DNA of 33,791 nt, taken from assembly GCA_043740355.1 (NCBI GenBank), contig JAYUCM010000095.1, positions 1 to 33,791 of the forward strand. Reading direction: 5' to 3'. Source of the stretch: Acidobacteriota bacterium. Its GTDB lineage: Bacteria > Acidobacteriota > Polarisedimenticolia > Polarisedimenticolales > DASRJG01. Position 1 is the first letter of the stretch. Each line of letters opens with the position of its first letter. Of the stretch, positions 24,239 through 33,275 are shown in pieces. The position numbers were made by a program, and so were the translations under genes. The notes beneath the pieces were generated by a model. It did no database searches and was not told the origin of the DNA. It was given only the letters and a program-made list of their open reading frames with translations.

Positions 24239-25270
24239 CTACTTCCAACGGAACAGGCGCAAGGCGACCGCGAACGCGACGCCCCCCCACAGGGACAGAA
24301 CGAGAAGCTCGCGCGCGACCGACGCGAGCGTTGCGCCGTCGATCATCACCGCGCGCAGCGCGTCGTTCAACGCCGTCAACGGCAGGAGCCGGATCAGGGG
24401 CAGCATCGCGTCGGGGAAACGCGACGGAGAGAAGAACACGCCCGAGAAGATCCACATCGGCAGCATGACGAAGTTCATGAGCCCCGACACCCCCTCGATC
24501 GTGCGCGGCCGCGCGGCGACCAGGAGGCCGATTCCGGTGAACGCCATCGCGCCCAAGGCCGCGATCAGGGCGAGCGCCGTGAGCGAGCCGTTCACCGGAA
24601 CGCCGAAGGCGACGTGGGCGAAGCCGACGAGAACGGCGACCTCGGGAATCAAGAACACCATGCGGCCCAGCATCTGGCCCAGCAGGTAGTGGCGCTTGCG
24701 CATGGGGGTCGCGACGAGGCGTTTCAGCAGGCCCCGGGAGCGCGCGGTGACGATCGAAAAGCCGATGCCCCACATCCCCGTGCCCATCAAGTTCATGCCG
24801 AGGAGGCCCGGGACGAGAAAGTCGATGTAACGCGACCCCTTCTCGGTCATCTCGCGCAGGCGGGCCGGCCGCGCGTCCACCCGTCCCGCCGCACGCTGCA
24901 GCGCGGCGTCGGCGGCCAGCCTCGCGACCCGGCTTTCGTCGCGGGCGGGATCGAACCAGTAGGTGAGTGTGTCCCCCGGGATCACGACGAGCGCGACTTT
25001 CCCGCCGCGCAGGCTCTCCCGCGCGTCGCGTTCCGCGAGCACCTTCGGGCGGAGGCCCGGATCTTTGCTCAACGCCTCCGCCGCCTCGGCGGCGCCCACG
25101 CCTTCGCAGACGGCGACCGCCAGCGGCCCGGGGACCTTTGCGCGAAAGGCGATGCCCAAGGCGAGCGAGAGGAGGACCGGAAAGACGAGGACCCAGAAGA
25201 TGGCCTCCGGCTCGCGCACGAACTCGAGAAACTTGACGCGCGAAAGGAGGACCAGGGGATGGGCGCGCAC
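24239..25270 (-). CDS. ABC-2 type transporter permease
   Basis: 343 aa. It has an N-terminal TM helix, a large loop, then five or six helices, which is typical of ABC-2 exporters. It lies 4 nt downstream of the ATPase gene. Confidence 0.8.
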   Translation of the reverse strand: MRAHPLVLLSRVKFLEFVREPEAIFWVLVFPVLLSLALGIAFRAKVPGPLAVAVCEGVGAAEAAEALSKDPGLRPKVLAERDARESLRGGKVALVVIPGDTLTYWFDPARDESRVARLAADAALQRAAGRVDARPARLREMTEKGSRYIDFLVPGLLGMNLMGTGMWGIGFSIVTARSRGLLKRLVATPMRKRHYLLGQMLGRMVFLIPEVAVLVGFAHVAFGVPVNGSLTALALIAALGAMAFTGIGLLVAARPRTIEGVSGLMNFVMLPMWIFSGVFFSPSRFPDAMLPLIRLLPLTALNDALRAVMIDGATLASVARELLVLSLWGGVAFAVALRLFRWK

Positions 25271-25273
25271 GGT

Positions 25274-26212
25274 TCAGCTCTCCCGGAGGTGGCGCCCGGT
25301 CATCGCGACGAAAACGTCCTCGAGCGTGGCGTGGTGGGTCGTGAGGCGCGTCAAGGACATCTGCTGCGCCGCGAGCTCCTGAAGGAGCGCGGGAACCGCC
25401 CGATGGACCTCGCGCACCGTCAGAGAGACGATGGGGCCGTCGATCCGCAGGTCCTTGACGTCGACGAGCCGGCGCAGACCGTCGAGGTCGGGAAGAGTCT
25501 CGGTTTCGATCTCGAGAACGTGTTCGGCGCCCAAGCGAGCGATCAGTCCCGCCGGCGTGTCGAGAGCGATCACCTTGCCGCGGTCGACGATGGCGACGCG
25601 GTCGCAGAGCCGCTCCGCCTCCTCCATGTAGTGCGTGGTCAGAAGCACCGTTCCGCCGCGCGCCTTCATGTCGGCGATGACGTCCCACACCTGGCGCCGC
25701 GCCTGCGGGTCCAATCCGGTCGTGGGCTCGTCGAGAAACAGGATCTCGGGATCGCCGACCAAGGCGACGGCCAGGGAGAGCCGCTGCTTCTGCCCGCCCG
25801 ACAGCTTGCGCACCCACGCTTTCTCTTTCTCCTCCAGCCGGACGATCCGCATGACCTCCTGCGCCGCCAACCCCTTCGGGTAGAAGCTTCGAAACAGCTC
25901 GATCGTCTCCAAGACCGTCAGCTTCTCGGACAGCTGGGTCTCTTGAAGTTGGATCCCGATGCGCTCGCGCAAAGCGCGCGCGTCGCGCGACCAGCTCCGG
26001 CCGAGCACCTGCACGGTTCCCGCGTCCGGCTGGTTCAGCCCCTCGAGGATCTCGACGGTCGTCGTCTTTCCGGCGCCGTTCGGCCCCAGCAATCCGAAGC
26101 ACTCCCCGGCGCGGATCGACAGGTCGACGCCGTCGACCGCGACGACGTCGCCGTACCTCTTGACGAGGCCTTCGCAGGAGAGCGCGATGTCCGCCATGGA
26201 GCCGCGTATCAT
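25274..26212 (-). CDS. ABC transporter ATP-binding protein
   Basis: Walker A is GPNGAGKTT, the signature is LSGGQKQRL, and Walker B is ILFLDEPTTGLD. The start is either ATG 26212 or ATG 26197. Confidence 0.9.
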   Translation of the reverse strand: MIRGSMADIALSCEGLVKRYGDVVAVDGVDLSIRAGECFGLLGPNGAGKTTTVEILEGLNQPDAGTVQVLGRSWSRDARALRERIGIQLQETQLSEKLTVLETIELFRSFYPKGLAAQEVMRIVRLEEKEKAWVRKLSGGQKQRLSLAVALVGDPEILFLDEPTTGLDPQARRQVWDVIADMKARGGTVLLTTHYMEEAERLCDRVAIVDRGKVIALDTPAGLIARLGAEHVLEIETETLPDLDGLRRLVDVKDLRIDGPIVSLTVREVHRAVPALLQELAAQQMSLTRLTTHHATLEDVFVAMTGRHLRES

Positions 26213-26219
26213 AGCCCCC

Positions 26220-27422
26220 GTGCATCGCGTTGTGGCCCGCGCCCCGCTCGTCGCTCTCGTGCTCGGAGTGGCCGGCCTCGTTCTCGCGGAGCCGCCGGTC
26301 ATCGTCCCGTGCGACGGCCTGCCCGCGTCCGTCGCCGCGCTCGGAGTGAGCTCCGGGCTCGACGCCTATGGCGTCGCCCCCGCCGCTTCCGTCGCGGTTG
26401 CGGTCGCGGCGCCGGCGTCGGCCGGCGAGGACGACCGCTCGGTCCTGTGGTTCGCTAAGGGAGGGGACGAGCCGCGCGCCGTCAGGCTCGCCGGCCGAGT
26501 GATGGGGCTTGCCGTTTCCCGCGATGGACTTCTCGCGTACGCGGTCGTCCGCGTGACCGATCGCAGGGGCGCCGTGAGGAGCGTCGAGCTCACGCGCGTG
26601 GACCTGCAAACGGCGCGCGCGACCTCCGGACTGACGCTCCCCGCGACCGCAAGGGGCCTAGCCATCGGGGCGGGAGGCGCGACGCTGATGGTCGCCTCAC
26701 GGGACGAGATCCGGACGTTCCAGCTGCCGCAGCTCGCGAGCGGCCCGATGTACCGCGCGCTCGGCGAAAACGTCGGCGTCGCGCCCATCGCAGGCTCGTC
26801 CCAGGTCCTTGTCGCCCAGCCCTCGCGCATCGTGCTCGCCGACCTCGCGGGTGTGCAGGGTCGCGACGGTCTCGTGCTGAGGGAAGAGGTCGCGGCCCCC
26901 GCTCTGCTCCATGGGATGCTCTCGTCGACGGGGGACGCGGGACCGATCGCTCTCGCGGACGGCGGTTCCGCGTGGTGCGTGCGCCTGGAAGCCCTCCCTC
27001 CGCCGCCGGCCACGCGGGAAGAAACCCCGGAGTTGCAGCCTGTTGTGGAGGCACCGCCGCCCGAAGCGCCGCAGCCCGAAAAGGCTGTTGAGATCGCGCC
27101 GGCTCCGCCCGTCATTCCGGCCGCTCCGGAGATTCCCGAAGCAGCCGGCACCGTGTTCGGCGCCGTCTCCGGGCCCGCGCTTGCGGAGGTCGCGGCCGTC
27201 GTTTTCCTCGGGCCGGACAACGTTCTTCACGAAGCCGCGCGCGCGACCCCGGACGAGCGGGGACGATTCAGGGCGCAGGCGCTGCCCCCCGGCGCGTATC
27301 GCATCGTCGCGGCAGGAAAGGGGGGACGCGTGCTAATGTGCGACCCTTCCTTCATCACGATCCGGGTGGGTTCGAACGGCGCGGTCGAAGCCCCCGTGCT
27401 GAAGGTGCTCCGCGCGCAATGA
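26220..27422 (+). CDS. Secreted hypothetical protein: beta-rich N-domain, Pro-rich linker, carboxypeptidase-regulatory-like C-domain
   Basis: GTG start at 26220 (or 26232), followed by a hydrophobic signal (APLVALVLGVAGLVLA). The linker is PPPPATREETPELQPVVEAPPPEAPQPE. The C-terminus GRFRAQALPPGAYRIVAAGKG fits the CarboxypepD_reg pattern. Confidence 0.55.
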   Translation: MHRVVARAPLVALVLGVAGLVLAEPPVIVPCDGLPASVAALGVSSGLDAYGVAPAASVAVAVAAPASAGEDDRSVLWFAKGGDEPRAVRLAGRVMGLAVSRDGLLAYAVVRVTDRRGAVRSVELTRVDLQTARATSGLTLPATARGLAIGAGGATLMVASRDEIRTFQLPQLASGPMYRALGENVGVAPIAGSSQVLVAQPSRIVLADLAGVQGRDGLVLREEVAAPALLHGMLSSTGDAGPIALADGGSAWCVRLEALPPPPATREETPELQPVVEAPPPEAPQPEKAVEIAPAPPVIPAAPEIPEAAGTVFGAVSGPALAEVAAVVFLGPDNVLHEAARATPDERGRFRAQALPPGAYRIVAAGKGGRVLMCDPSFITIRVGSNGAVEAPVLKVLRAQ

Positions 27423-27482
27423 AACACCGGGTCCGGCGCGTCGTAAGAAACGCCGGACGTCAGACTCCAAGGAGATTCCAAC

Positions 27483-29516
27483 ATGCGTCGTTTCTCATTC
27501 CTCATCGCCGCCCTTTGCGTCGCGGGACCAAGCGTAGCCGCGGACGCCCCCGCCGCTTCCGTCGAGACGGCGGTCAAGTCCGCGATGGACCTCAAAGCGG
27601 ATCCCTGCCAGGACTTCTATCAATACGCCTGCGGCACGTGGAGAGCGAACACCAAGCTTCCCGCCGATCAGGTGCGCTGGGGTCGCGGCTTCAGCGAGAT
27701 CGCGGAGCGCAACCGCACCGTGAACCGCGCCATCCTCGAGGACGCCGCGAAGAGCCCGGGAGTCGATCCGAACCGCCAAAAGCTCGGATGGTTCTTCGGC
27801 GCGTGCATGGACGAGGCCGGGATCGCGGCCGCGGGCACGAAGCCGATCGCGGGGTGGATGACGGACGTCGCCAAGGTCAGCGACGCGAAGACCCTGCTCG
27901 CGACCGTCGGCAAGATGCACGCCGCGGGCATTCCGGGCCTGTTCACGATGGGTGTCGAGGGCGACTTCAAGGACCCGAACACCGACATCGCTCAGATGCT
28001 TCAGGGAGGGCTCGGCCTTCCGGATCGCGACTATTACCTCAAGGACGACGAGGCCAAGAAGGGGATAAGGGACAAGTACGTCGTCTTCGTCGCCAAGATG
28101 TTCGAGATGTACGGTGAGAAGCCCGAGGCGTCGAAGGCGATCGCCGGCCGCATCCTCTCCTTCGAGACGGAGCTCGCCAAGATCTCCCGCCCGCGCGCCG
28201 ATCTACGCGACCCGGACAAGAACTACAACAAGCTCGATCGCGCCGGATTGCAGAAGCTCACGCCGAAGCTCGATTGGGACGGCTACTTCAAGGCGGCCGG
28301 ACACCCCGAGGTGCAGCCGATCAACGTTTCGGCCCCGGAGTACTTCCAGGGCTTGGAGAAGATCGCCGGATCGACGGATGCCGCGACGCTCCAAGCGTAC
28401 CTCCAATGGAACGTGCTCCGGGATGCGGCCCCCGCGCTGCCGAAGGCCTTCGACGAAGAGAACTTCAACTTCTACGGCAGGACGCTCCAAGGGCAGAAGG
28501 AGCAGCAGGCGCGCTGGAAGCGCTGCGTGGCGCAGACCGACGGCGCTCTCGGCGAGATCCTCGGCCAGGAGTTCATCAAGAAGCAGTTCGCCGGGGATAG
28601 CAAGAAGACCGCGCGCGAGCTGGTCGAGACGATCCAGACCGCCTTCAGCAACAACCTCCCGCGACTCGACTGGATGGACGACACGACACGCCAGCGCGCC
28701 GTGGGCAAGAAGGGAGCCATCACCAACAAGATCGGCTACCCCGACAAGTGGCGGGACTACACGAAGCTCAAGATCAAGAGCGGCGACTACTTCGGCAACC
28801 TGGTCGCCTCCGCCCGGTTCGAGTTCGAGCGCGAGGCTGCGAAGATCGGCAAGCCGGTCGACAAGACCGAATGGGGGATGACGCCCCCGACCGTCAACGC
28901 GTACTACAACCCGCTGAACAACGAGATGGTGTTTCCCGCGGGAATCCTCCAGCCGCCCTTCTTCTCGAAGGACTTCCCCGCCGCCATGAACTACGGCGGG
29001 ATCGGGATGGTCATGGGCCACGAGCTGACCCACGGCTTCGACGACCAGGGCCGCAAGTTCGACGCGCAGGGGAAGCTCACCGAATGGTGGGAGCCGTCCG
29101 TCTCGTCGAAGTTCGAAGCTCGTGCGTCGTGCATCGAGAAGCAGTACGGGGGCTTCGAGGTCCAGCCGGACCTGAAGCTCAACGGGAAGCTCACGCTCGG
29201 CGAGAACATCGCCGACAACGGCGGCATCAAGCAGGCCTACTCGGCCTACAAGGCGTACGAAGCGAAGAATCCCGGCATGGAAAAGCCCGCCGTTTCGGGT
29301 CTGACGAACGATCAGCTCCTCTTCGTCGCCTTCGCCCAGACGTGGTGCTCGCTTGCCACCCCCGAGATCGAGCGCGTGCTCGTGACGGTCGATCCGCACT
29401 CGCCGCCGCGGTTCAGGGTCAACGGACCGCTCTCGAACTACGCGCAGTTCGCGACGACGTTCCAGTGCGCCGCGGGGACGCCGATGCACCCGGCCGACGC
29501 CTGCGAGGTCTGGTAG
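27483..29516 (+). CDS. pepO: M13-family zinc metallopeptidase (PepO / endothelin-converting-enzyme-like)
   Basis: AAGGAG lies 8 nt upstream of the ATG. There is a signal peptide. Motifs: CQDFYQYACGTW, HELTHGFD (HExxH), GENIADNGG, and a C-terminal CEVW. Confidence 0.9.
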   Translation: MRRFSFLIAALCVAGPSVAADAPAASVETAVKSAMDLKADPCQDFYQYACGTWRANTKLPADQVRWGRGFSEIAERNRTVNRAILEDAAKSPGVDPNRQKLGWFFGACMDEAGIAAAGTKPIAGWMTDVAKVSDAKTLLATVGKMHAAGIPGLFTMGVEGDFKDPNTDIAQMLQGGLGLPDRDYYLKDDEAKKGIRDKYVVFVAKMFEMYGEKPEASKAIAGRILSFETELAKISRPRADLRDPDKNYNKLDRAGLQKLTPKLDWDGYFKAAGHPEVQPINVSAPEYFQGLEKIAGSTDAATLQAYLQWNVLRDAAPALPKAFDEENFNFYGRTLQGQKEQQARWKRCVAQTDGALGEILGQEFIKKQFAGDSKKTARELVETIQTAFSNNLPRLDWMDDTTRQRAVGKKGAITNKIGYPDKWRDYTKLKIKSGDYFGNLVASARFEFEREAAKIGKPVDKTEWGMTPPTVNAYYNPLNNEMVFPAGILQPPFFSKDFPAAMNYGGIGMVMGHELTHGFDDQGRKFDAQGKLTEWWEPSVSSKFEARASCIEKQYGGFEVQPDLKLNGKLTLGENIADNGGIKQAYSAYKAYEAKNPGMEKPAVSGLTNDQLLFVAFAQTWCSLATPEIERVLVTVDPHSPPRFRVNGPLSNYAQFATTFQCAAGTPMHPADACEVW

Positions 29517-29531
29517 AAGCGTAACTCTCGA

Positions 29532-29569
29532 CTGTGAACTGCTAGCCGTCGGTGGTTGGCAGTTCACAG
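29532..29569 (+). terminator. Stem-loop downstream of pepO (possible terminator)
   Basis: Perfect 11-bp stem: CTGTGAACTGC (29532-29542) pairs with GCAGTTCACAG (29559-29569), with a 16-nt loop. It is followed by TTCAGGATTT, so the U-tract is weak. Confidence 0.45.
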
Positions 29570-29581
29570 TTCAGGATTTGG

Positions 29582-30010
29582 ATGCCTCTCAGAATCGCCG
29601 CCGGAGTCGAGATCCCCGACGACGAGCTGACGTTCACCGCGTCGCGAAGCGGCGGTCCCGGCGGCCAGCACGTCAACAAGACCTCAAGCAAGGTCACGCT
29701 CCGCTTCGACCTTGCCCATGCTCCGTCCCTTCCCGACGACGTGCGCGCCCGGCTTCTCGAAGCGTTGGGGGGGCGCGTCGGAGCCGACGGGACGGTGCGC
29801 GTGGTGTCCCAGGCTTCCCGCAGCCAATTTGCGAACCGCAAGACGGCGGAAAAACGCCTCGAAGAGCTCCTCGCCTCCGCCCTCGTCCCCGTCGCACCGC
29901 GTTTCGCGACGAAGATCCCGCGCGCGGAGAAGCGGCGGCGAATCGAATCCAAGAAACGCCGCGGCGGCATCAAACGGGCCCGCGCGATCCCCGACGACGA
30001 CGGCGGATAG
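29582..30010 (+). CDS. arfB: Alternative ribosome-rescue factor ArfB (peptidyl-tRNA hydrolase, GGQ class)
   Basis: 142 aa from ATG 29582. Motifs: ASRSGGPGGQHVNKTSSKV, SQFANR, and the basic tail KRRRIESKKRRGGIKRAR. Confidence 0.9.
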   Translation: MPLRIAAGVEIPDDELTFTASRSGGPGGQHVNKTSSKVTLRFDLAHAPSLPDDVRARLLEALGGRVGADGTVRVVSQASRSQFANRKTAEKRLEELLASALVPVAPRFATKIPRAEKRRRIESKKRRGGIKRARAIPDDDGG

Positions 30011-30011
30011 G

Positions 30012-30032
30012 AAAAGGGGACACTCCCCTTTT
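30012..30032 (+). terminator. Intrinsic terminator hairpin of arfB
   Basis: AAAAGGGGA-cac-TCCCCTTTT lies immediately after the stop codon. Confidence 0.6.
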
Positions 30033-30054
30033 TGTTGAGGACATGTCCTCGATT

Positions 30055-30075
30055 AAAAGGGGAGTGTCCCCTTTT
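30055..30075 (-). terminator. Intrinsic terminator hairpin of the lnt-like gene (same sequence as the arfB hairpin, read on the minus strand)
   Basis: AAAAGGGGA-gtg-TCCCCTTTT on the plus strand reads AAAAGGGGACACTCCCCTTTT on the minus strand. It lies directly after the TAG at 30077-30079. Confidence 0.6.
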
Positions 30076-30076
30076 C

Positions 30077-31594
30077 CTAAATCGTCGCGCCGGCAGGCAC
30101 CCCAATGGGGGTCATGGTGGGACGGCCGCGCAGGAGCGCCCGCGCGAGAAGCCAGAGCGAGACGGCGACGCAGACGAGCGCGAACGCATCGTGGCTGGCC
30201 GCGTACGTCGTCGTTCCCAAGGGAGAGAGGGGGACGTTGCCGGCCGCCTCTCCGTGCCATCGTCCTTGCGGATCGATGAAGCCCGACACCCCGGTGTTCG
30301 CGGCCCGGACGAAGGCGATGCGGTTTTCGATCGCACGCAGCATGCACACGCGAAGCAGCTGTTCTTCGAGGACACCGCCGATGCCTCCCTCGCTCGTCAC
30401 GTTGACGACGAAGCGCGCGCCGCTGCGACCGGCCCCGGCGACGAGCGCCGGATAGGCGCTCTCGACGCCGATTGCGGCCGCGAACGGAAGCCGCTCGTAC
30501 TTCCACGGGAGATCGAAGAGCGTCATGTGCGTGCCCGGCACCCGCGTCGAGGGCGATGCCCAGGCACGGCGAACGAGCCGCCGGTACGCCCTTTCGATCT
30601 GCGGCGCGACGACCCCGACGGCCCGGTCGAGCGGGAGGTATTCCGCGAACGGGAAAAGGATCTGCTTGTCGTACCGGCCGCGCAGGGTTCCGGCCGCATC
30701 CACGAGGAACGCGGAGTTGGTCGTCCGCCCGGGCTGGCCCTCGACCTGACCCTCCGCGCCGAGCAGGACCATCGCCTGCTCCCGCGAAGCGAGCCACCCC
30801 AAGGCGTCGAGGCGCGCCTTCGCGTGATCGATGTCGTCGAGGATCGCGTTCCCGGGCCACACGGTGAGATCGGCGTTCGCCGGGAGGACGGGGGAGTCGG
30901 GGTGGTAGATCGCCAATCGGGGGCCCGGCGTGTCCTTAGCGGTCTCGAGCCTGAGGAAGCCGTATCCGACGACCGCGGCGAACGCCGCCGCGATCGCAAT
31001 CGCCGGGATGACGATCGCGCGCTCGCGCAGCAAGATGCGCGGTCGCCACGCGGCGTCTTTCAACGCGAAGCAGGCGTCGGCGAGCAGGCCGTCGACCGCG
31101 GCGACGAGAAACGAGATGCCGTAGACCCCCGTGAGGTCGGCGATCTGCACGAGCGGCGCAAGCCGCGCCTGCGAGTAGCCGAGTGCGTAGAGGTCGAAGT
31201 GTCCGGCGGCCGTCAACAGGCGCGCCCACTCGACGGCGACCCAAACGGCCGGCAGCGTGAGCGAGCGCGGGAGCCCCAGTCGCTGGATCGGACGTGCGAG
31301 AAGGGGGAACAGCAGCCAGGCGGGGATGAAAAACGGCGCCGCGGCCAAAGGGACGAGCCAACCGAGGCCGAACATCGGCCGGTAGCAGAGGATGAAGCAG
31401 AGGGTGCCGGCGACCAGGAAGTAGATCGGGGAGACGCCCGGCCTTCGCGGACCCATGTAGAGAACGGCCCAAGGAACGAGCGCGACGTAGGGCAGAAACA
31501 CCAGGCTCGGAAAGCTCGTGATGCCGCAAAAGAGGATGACACCGAGGACGGCGAGCCCCGCGCGGATCGCGAACCTCCTGAAACCACTGGGCAA
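30077..31594 (-). CDS. Apolipoprotein N-acyltransferase (Lnt)-like membrane protein, apparently lacking catalytic Glu and Cys
   Basis: 505 aa with an N-terminal polytopic region and a CN-hydrolase domain. YDKQILFPFAEYLP aligns to E. coli YNKNHLVPFGEFVP (Lys kept). VWPGNAI aligns to IWPESAI, and AAAIGVES aligns to AAICYE. Confidence 0.8.
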   Translation of the reverse strand: MPSGFRRFAIRAGLAVLGVILFCGITSFPSLVFLPYVALVPWAVLYMGPRRPGVSPIYFLVAGTLCFILCYRPMFGLGWLVPLAAAPFFIPAWLLFPLLARPIQRLGLPRSLTLPAVWVAVEWARLLTAAGHFDLYALGYSQARLAPLVQIADLTGVYGISFLVAAVDGLLADACFALKDAAWRPRILLRERAIVIPAIAIAAAFAAVVGYGFLRLETAKDTPGPRLAIYHPDSPVLPANADLTVWPGNAILDDIDHAKARLDALGWLASREQAMVLLGAEGQVEGQPGRTTNSAFLVDAAGTLRGRYDKQILFPFAEYLPLDRAVGVVAPQIERAYRRLVRRAWASPSTRVPGTHMTLFDLPWKYERLPFAAAIGVESAYPALVAGAGRSGARFVVNVTSEGGIGGVLEEQLLRVCMLRAIENRIAFVRAANTGVSGFIDPQGRWHGEAAGNVPLSPLGTTTYAASHDAFALVCVAVSLWLLARALLRGRPTMTPIGVPAGATI

Positions 31595-31618
31595 TGAACG
31601 GCCCTCGAATCGCGCAGT

Positions 31619-32356
31619 CTATGACTCGCGTTCTCCACGATCCAGAGCGGAGATGGTGAAGCCGGCGGCCTCGAGGCCAAGGCGTACCGCGGCGGCGATC
31701 GTGCCTGCTCCCGGCGTGTCCGCGTGGACGCAGATCGTGGCGCAGCCTGAGGCGCCGGCGAGGCCGATCGCCTGCGCGGCCGCGGCCTTCGGGTCGGTGA
31801 TCAGGGCCCCGGGCGCGGTGCGGGGAACGAGCGTGCCGCCGGCGGCGTAGGCCCTGTCCGCGAACCCCTCCGCCGCGACGCGAAAGCCGCGCTCGCGCCA
31901 GACGCGAAGCGCGGACGAGCCCGCCAACCCGACGAGGACGAGGGCGTCGGACACCGAGGCCACGCCATCGGCCACGGCGAGCGCCACGTCGTTCCTCACG
32001 GCGGCATCGTTGTAGAGCGCTCCGTGCGGCTTGACGTGGGCGACGCGCGCCCCGAGAGCGTCCGTAACCGCGACGAGCGCAGCGACCTGCGACGCGATCG
32101 CCCGCGCGAGGGCGGCAGGCTGAAGGCTCCTCGTCACGCGCCCGAACCCTTCGCGATCCGGGTAGCTCGGGTGCGCGCCGATCGCGACGCCGTGGGCCAT
32201 GGCGAGCCGCACGGACTCGCGCATGGAGCCAAGGTCGCCCGCATGACCGCCGCACGCGATGTTCGCCGAGCTGATCAGCGCGTAGAGCGGCTCTTCGCCG
32301 GTTCCTTCGCCGACGTCCGCGTTGAGGTCGATCGAGCGGTCAGCGGAAGAGCGCAT
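31619..32356 (-). CDS. pxpA: 5-oxoprolinase subunit A (LamB/YcsF family)
   Basis: Motifs: IDLNADVGEG, ANIACGGHAGD, HPSYPDREGFGR, VKPHGALYN. I prefer ATG 32356, which overlaps the pxpC 3' end. Confidence 0.85.
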   Translation of the reverse strand: MRSSADRSIDLNADVGEGTGEEPLYALISSANIACGGHAGDLGSMRESVRLAMAHGVAIGAHPSYPDREGFGRVTRSLQPAALARAIASQVAALVAVTDALGARVAHVKPHGALYNDAAVRNDVALAVADGVASVSDALVLVGLAGSSALRVWRERGFRVAAEGFADRAYAAGGTLVPRTAPGALITDPKAAAAQAIGLAGASGCATICVHADTPGAGTIAAAVRLGLEAAGFTISALDRGERES

Positions 32357-33275
32357 CGAGCGCCTCCTCTTGCGCACGGAGGAGCTCGACGGCTTCCGCC
32401 ATCGAGATCGCCTCGAACGTGAGCTTGTCGCGCGGCCGCAGTCTCCCCAAGCGCGCGAGGTCGGCGGCGATCACGTTGGCGATCTTCGGGTAGCCGCCCG
32501 TCGTCTGGTGCTCGACGAAGAGGACGATCGGGAGCCCTCCCGGCGGGACCTGCACGGCTCCCAGGGGAACGCCCTCGGTCAGAAGCTCGCGCGTGTCCAG
32601 GGTCTCGATCCGGGGTCCCGCGAGCCGGATTCCCATCCGGTCGCACGCCTCGGTGACGGACCACTCCGTCTCCAACAGGATCGCCCGTGCCTCCGCTGCA
32701 AACCACGATGCCTGCGGCCCGGCGGTCACGCGAAAGGCCTCGCCGGGGAGGTACCCGGGAATCGTCGACGGATCGACGGCACGGTAGAACGGAGCCAGCT
32801 TCTGGGCCTCGCCGAGCACGAAGCGATCCCCGGCGTGGAGGGCGCGTCCCTCGCAGCCGCCCAAGGCCGTCATGAGATGCGTCGAGGCGCTCCCGAATAC
32901 GAGCGGGACCGAGAGGCCGCCGCGAACGCAGAGGTAGGCGCGCGCGCCGCCGCCTAACGCGGTGCAGACGAGCGTCTCGCCGCTCTCGACCGGGTGAGGT
33001 CGCCACGGCACGACCGGGCGATCGCCGAGTCGCGCTCCCGCGTCGGCCCCCGCGAGCGCGAAAACGCCGTCGGCTTCGAACCGGAACGATCCCCCGACCA
33101 TCGTCATCTCGAGCGCCGCGGCACCTTCGACGTTTCCGACGAGACGATTTCCGATCCTGAGAGCGAGCGGGTCCGCGGCACCGGAGGCCGACACGCCCGC
33201 GGCCGCGTGGCCGGGCCGCCCGAGGTCCTGCACCGTCGTCAGGAATCCCGGCGCTTCCACCCGGATCGCGTTCAC
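32340..33275 (-). CDS. pxpC: 5-oxoprolinase subunit C (KipA / allophanate hydrolase subunit 2 family)
   Basis: The GTG start at 33275 overlaps the pxpB stop (GTGA). Motifs: VEAPGFLTTVQDLGRPG, SDRMGIRL-like CDRMGIRLAG, GAVQVPPGGLPIVLFVEHQTTGGYPKIA. Confidence 0.85.
   Translation of the reverse strand: MNAIRVEAPGFLTTVQDLGRPGHAAAGVSASGAADPLALRIGNRLVGNVEGAAALEMTMVGGSFRFEADGVFALAGADAGARLGDRPVVPWRPHPVESGETLVCTALGGGARAYLCVRGGLSVPLVFGSASTHLMTALGGCEGRALHAGDRFVLGEAQKLAPFYRAVDPSTIPGYLPGEAFRVTAGPQASWFAAEARAILLETEWSVTEACDRMGIRLAGPRIETLDTRELLTEGVPLGAVQVPPGGLPIVLFVEHQTTGGYPKIANVIAADLARLGRLRPRDKLTFEAISMAEAVELLRAQEEALDALFR

Noticed and set aside
22773-26609. 1278-aa minus-strand ORF that would be a giant protein
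   Set aside because: Only the last 422 codons (from ATG 24041) look like a real protein, the arginine deiminase. The upstream part is Arg/Gly/Pro-rich and lies out of frame over the well-supported ABC permease and ATPase genes. It is a typical high-G+C shadow frame.
30012-30075. The palindromic unit as a MITE or REP element
   Set aside because: There is no flanking target duplication and no second copy in this window. Its position exactly between two convergent stop codons is explained more simply by a bidirectional terminator. I kept it as a low-interest finding only.
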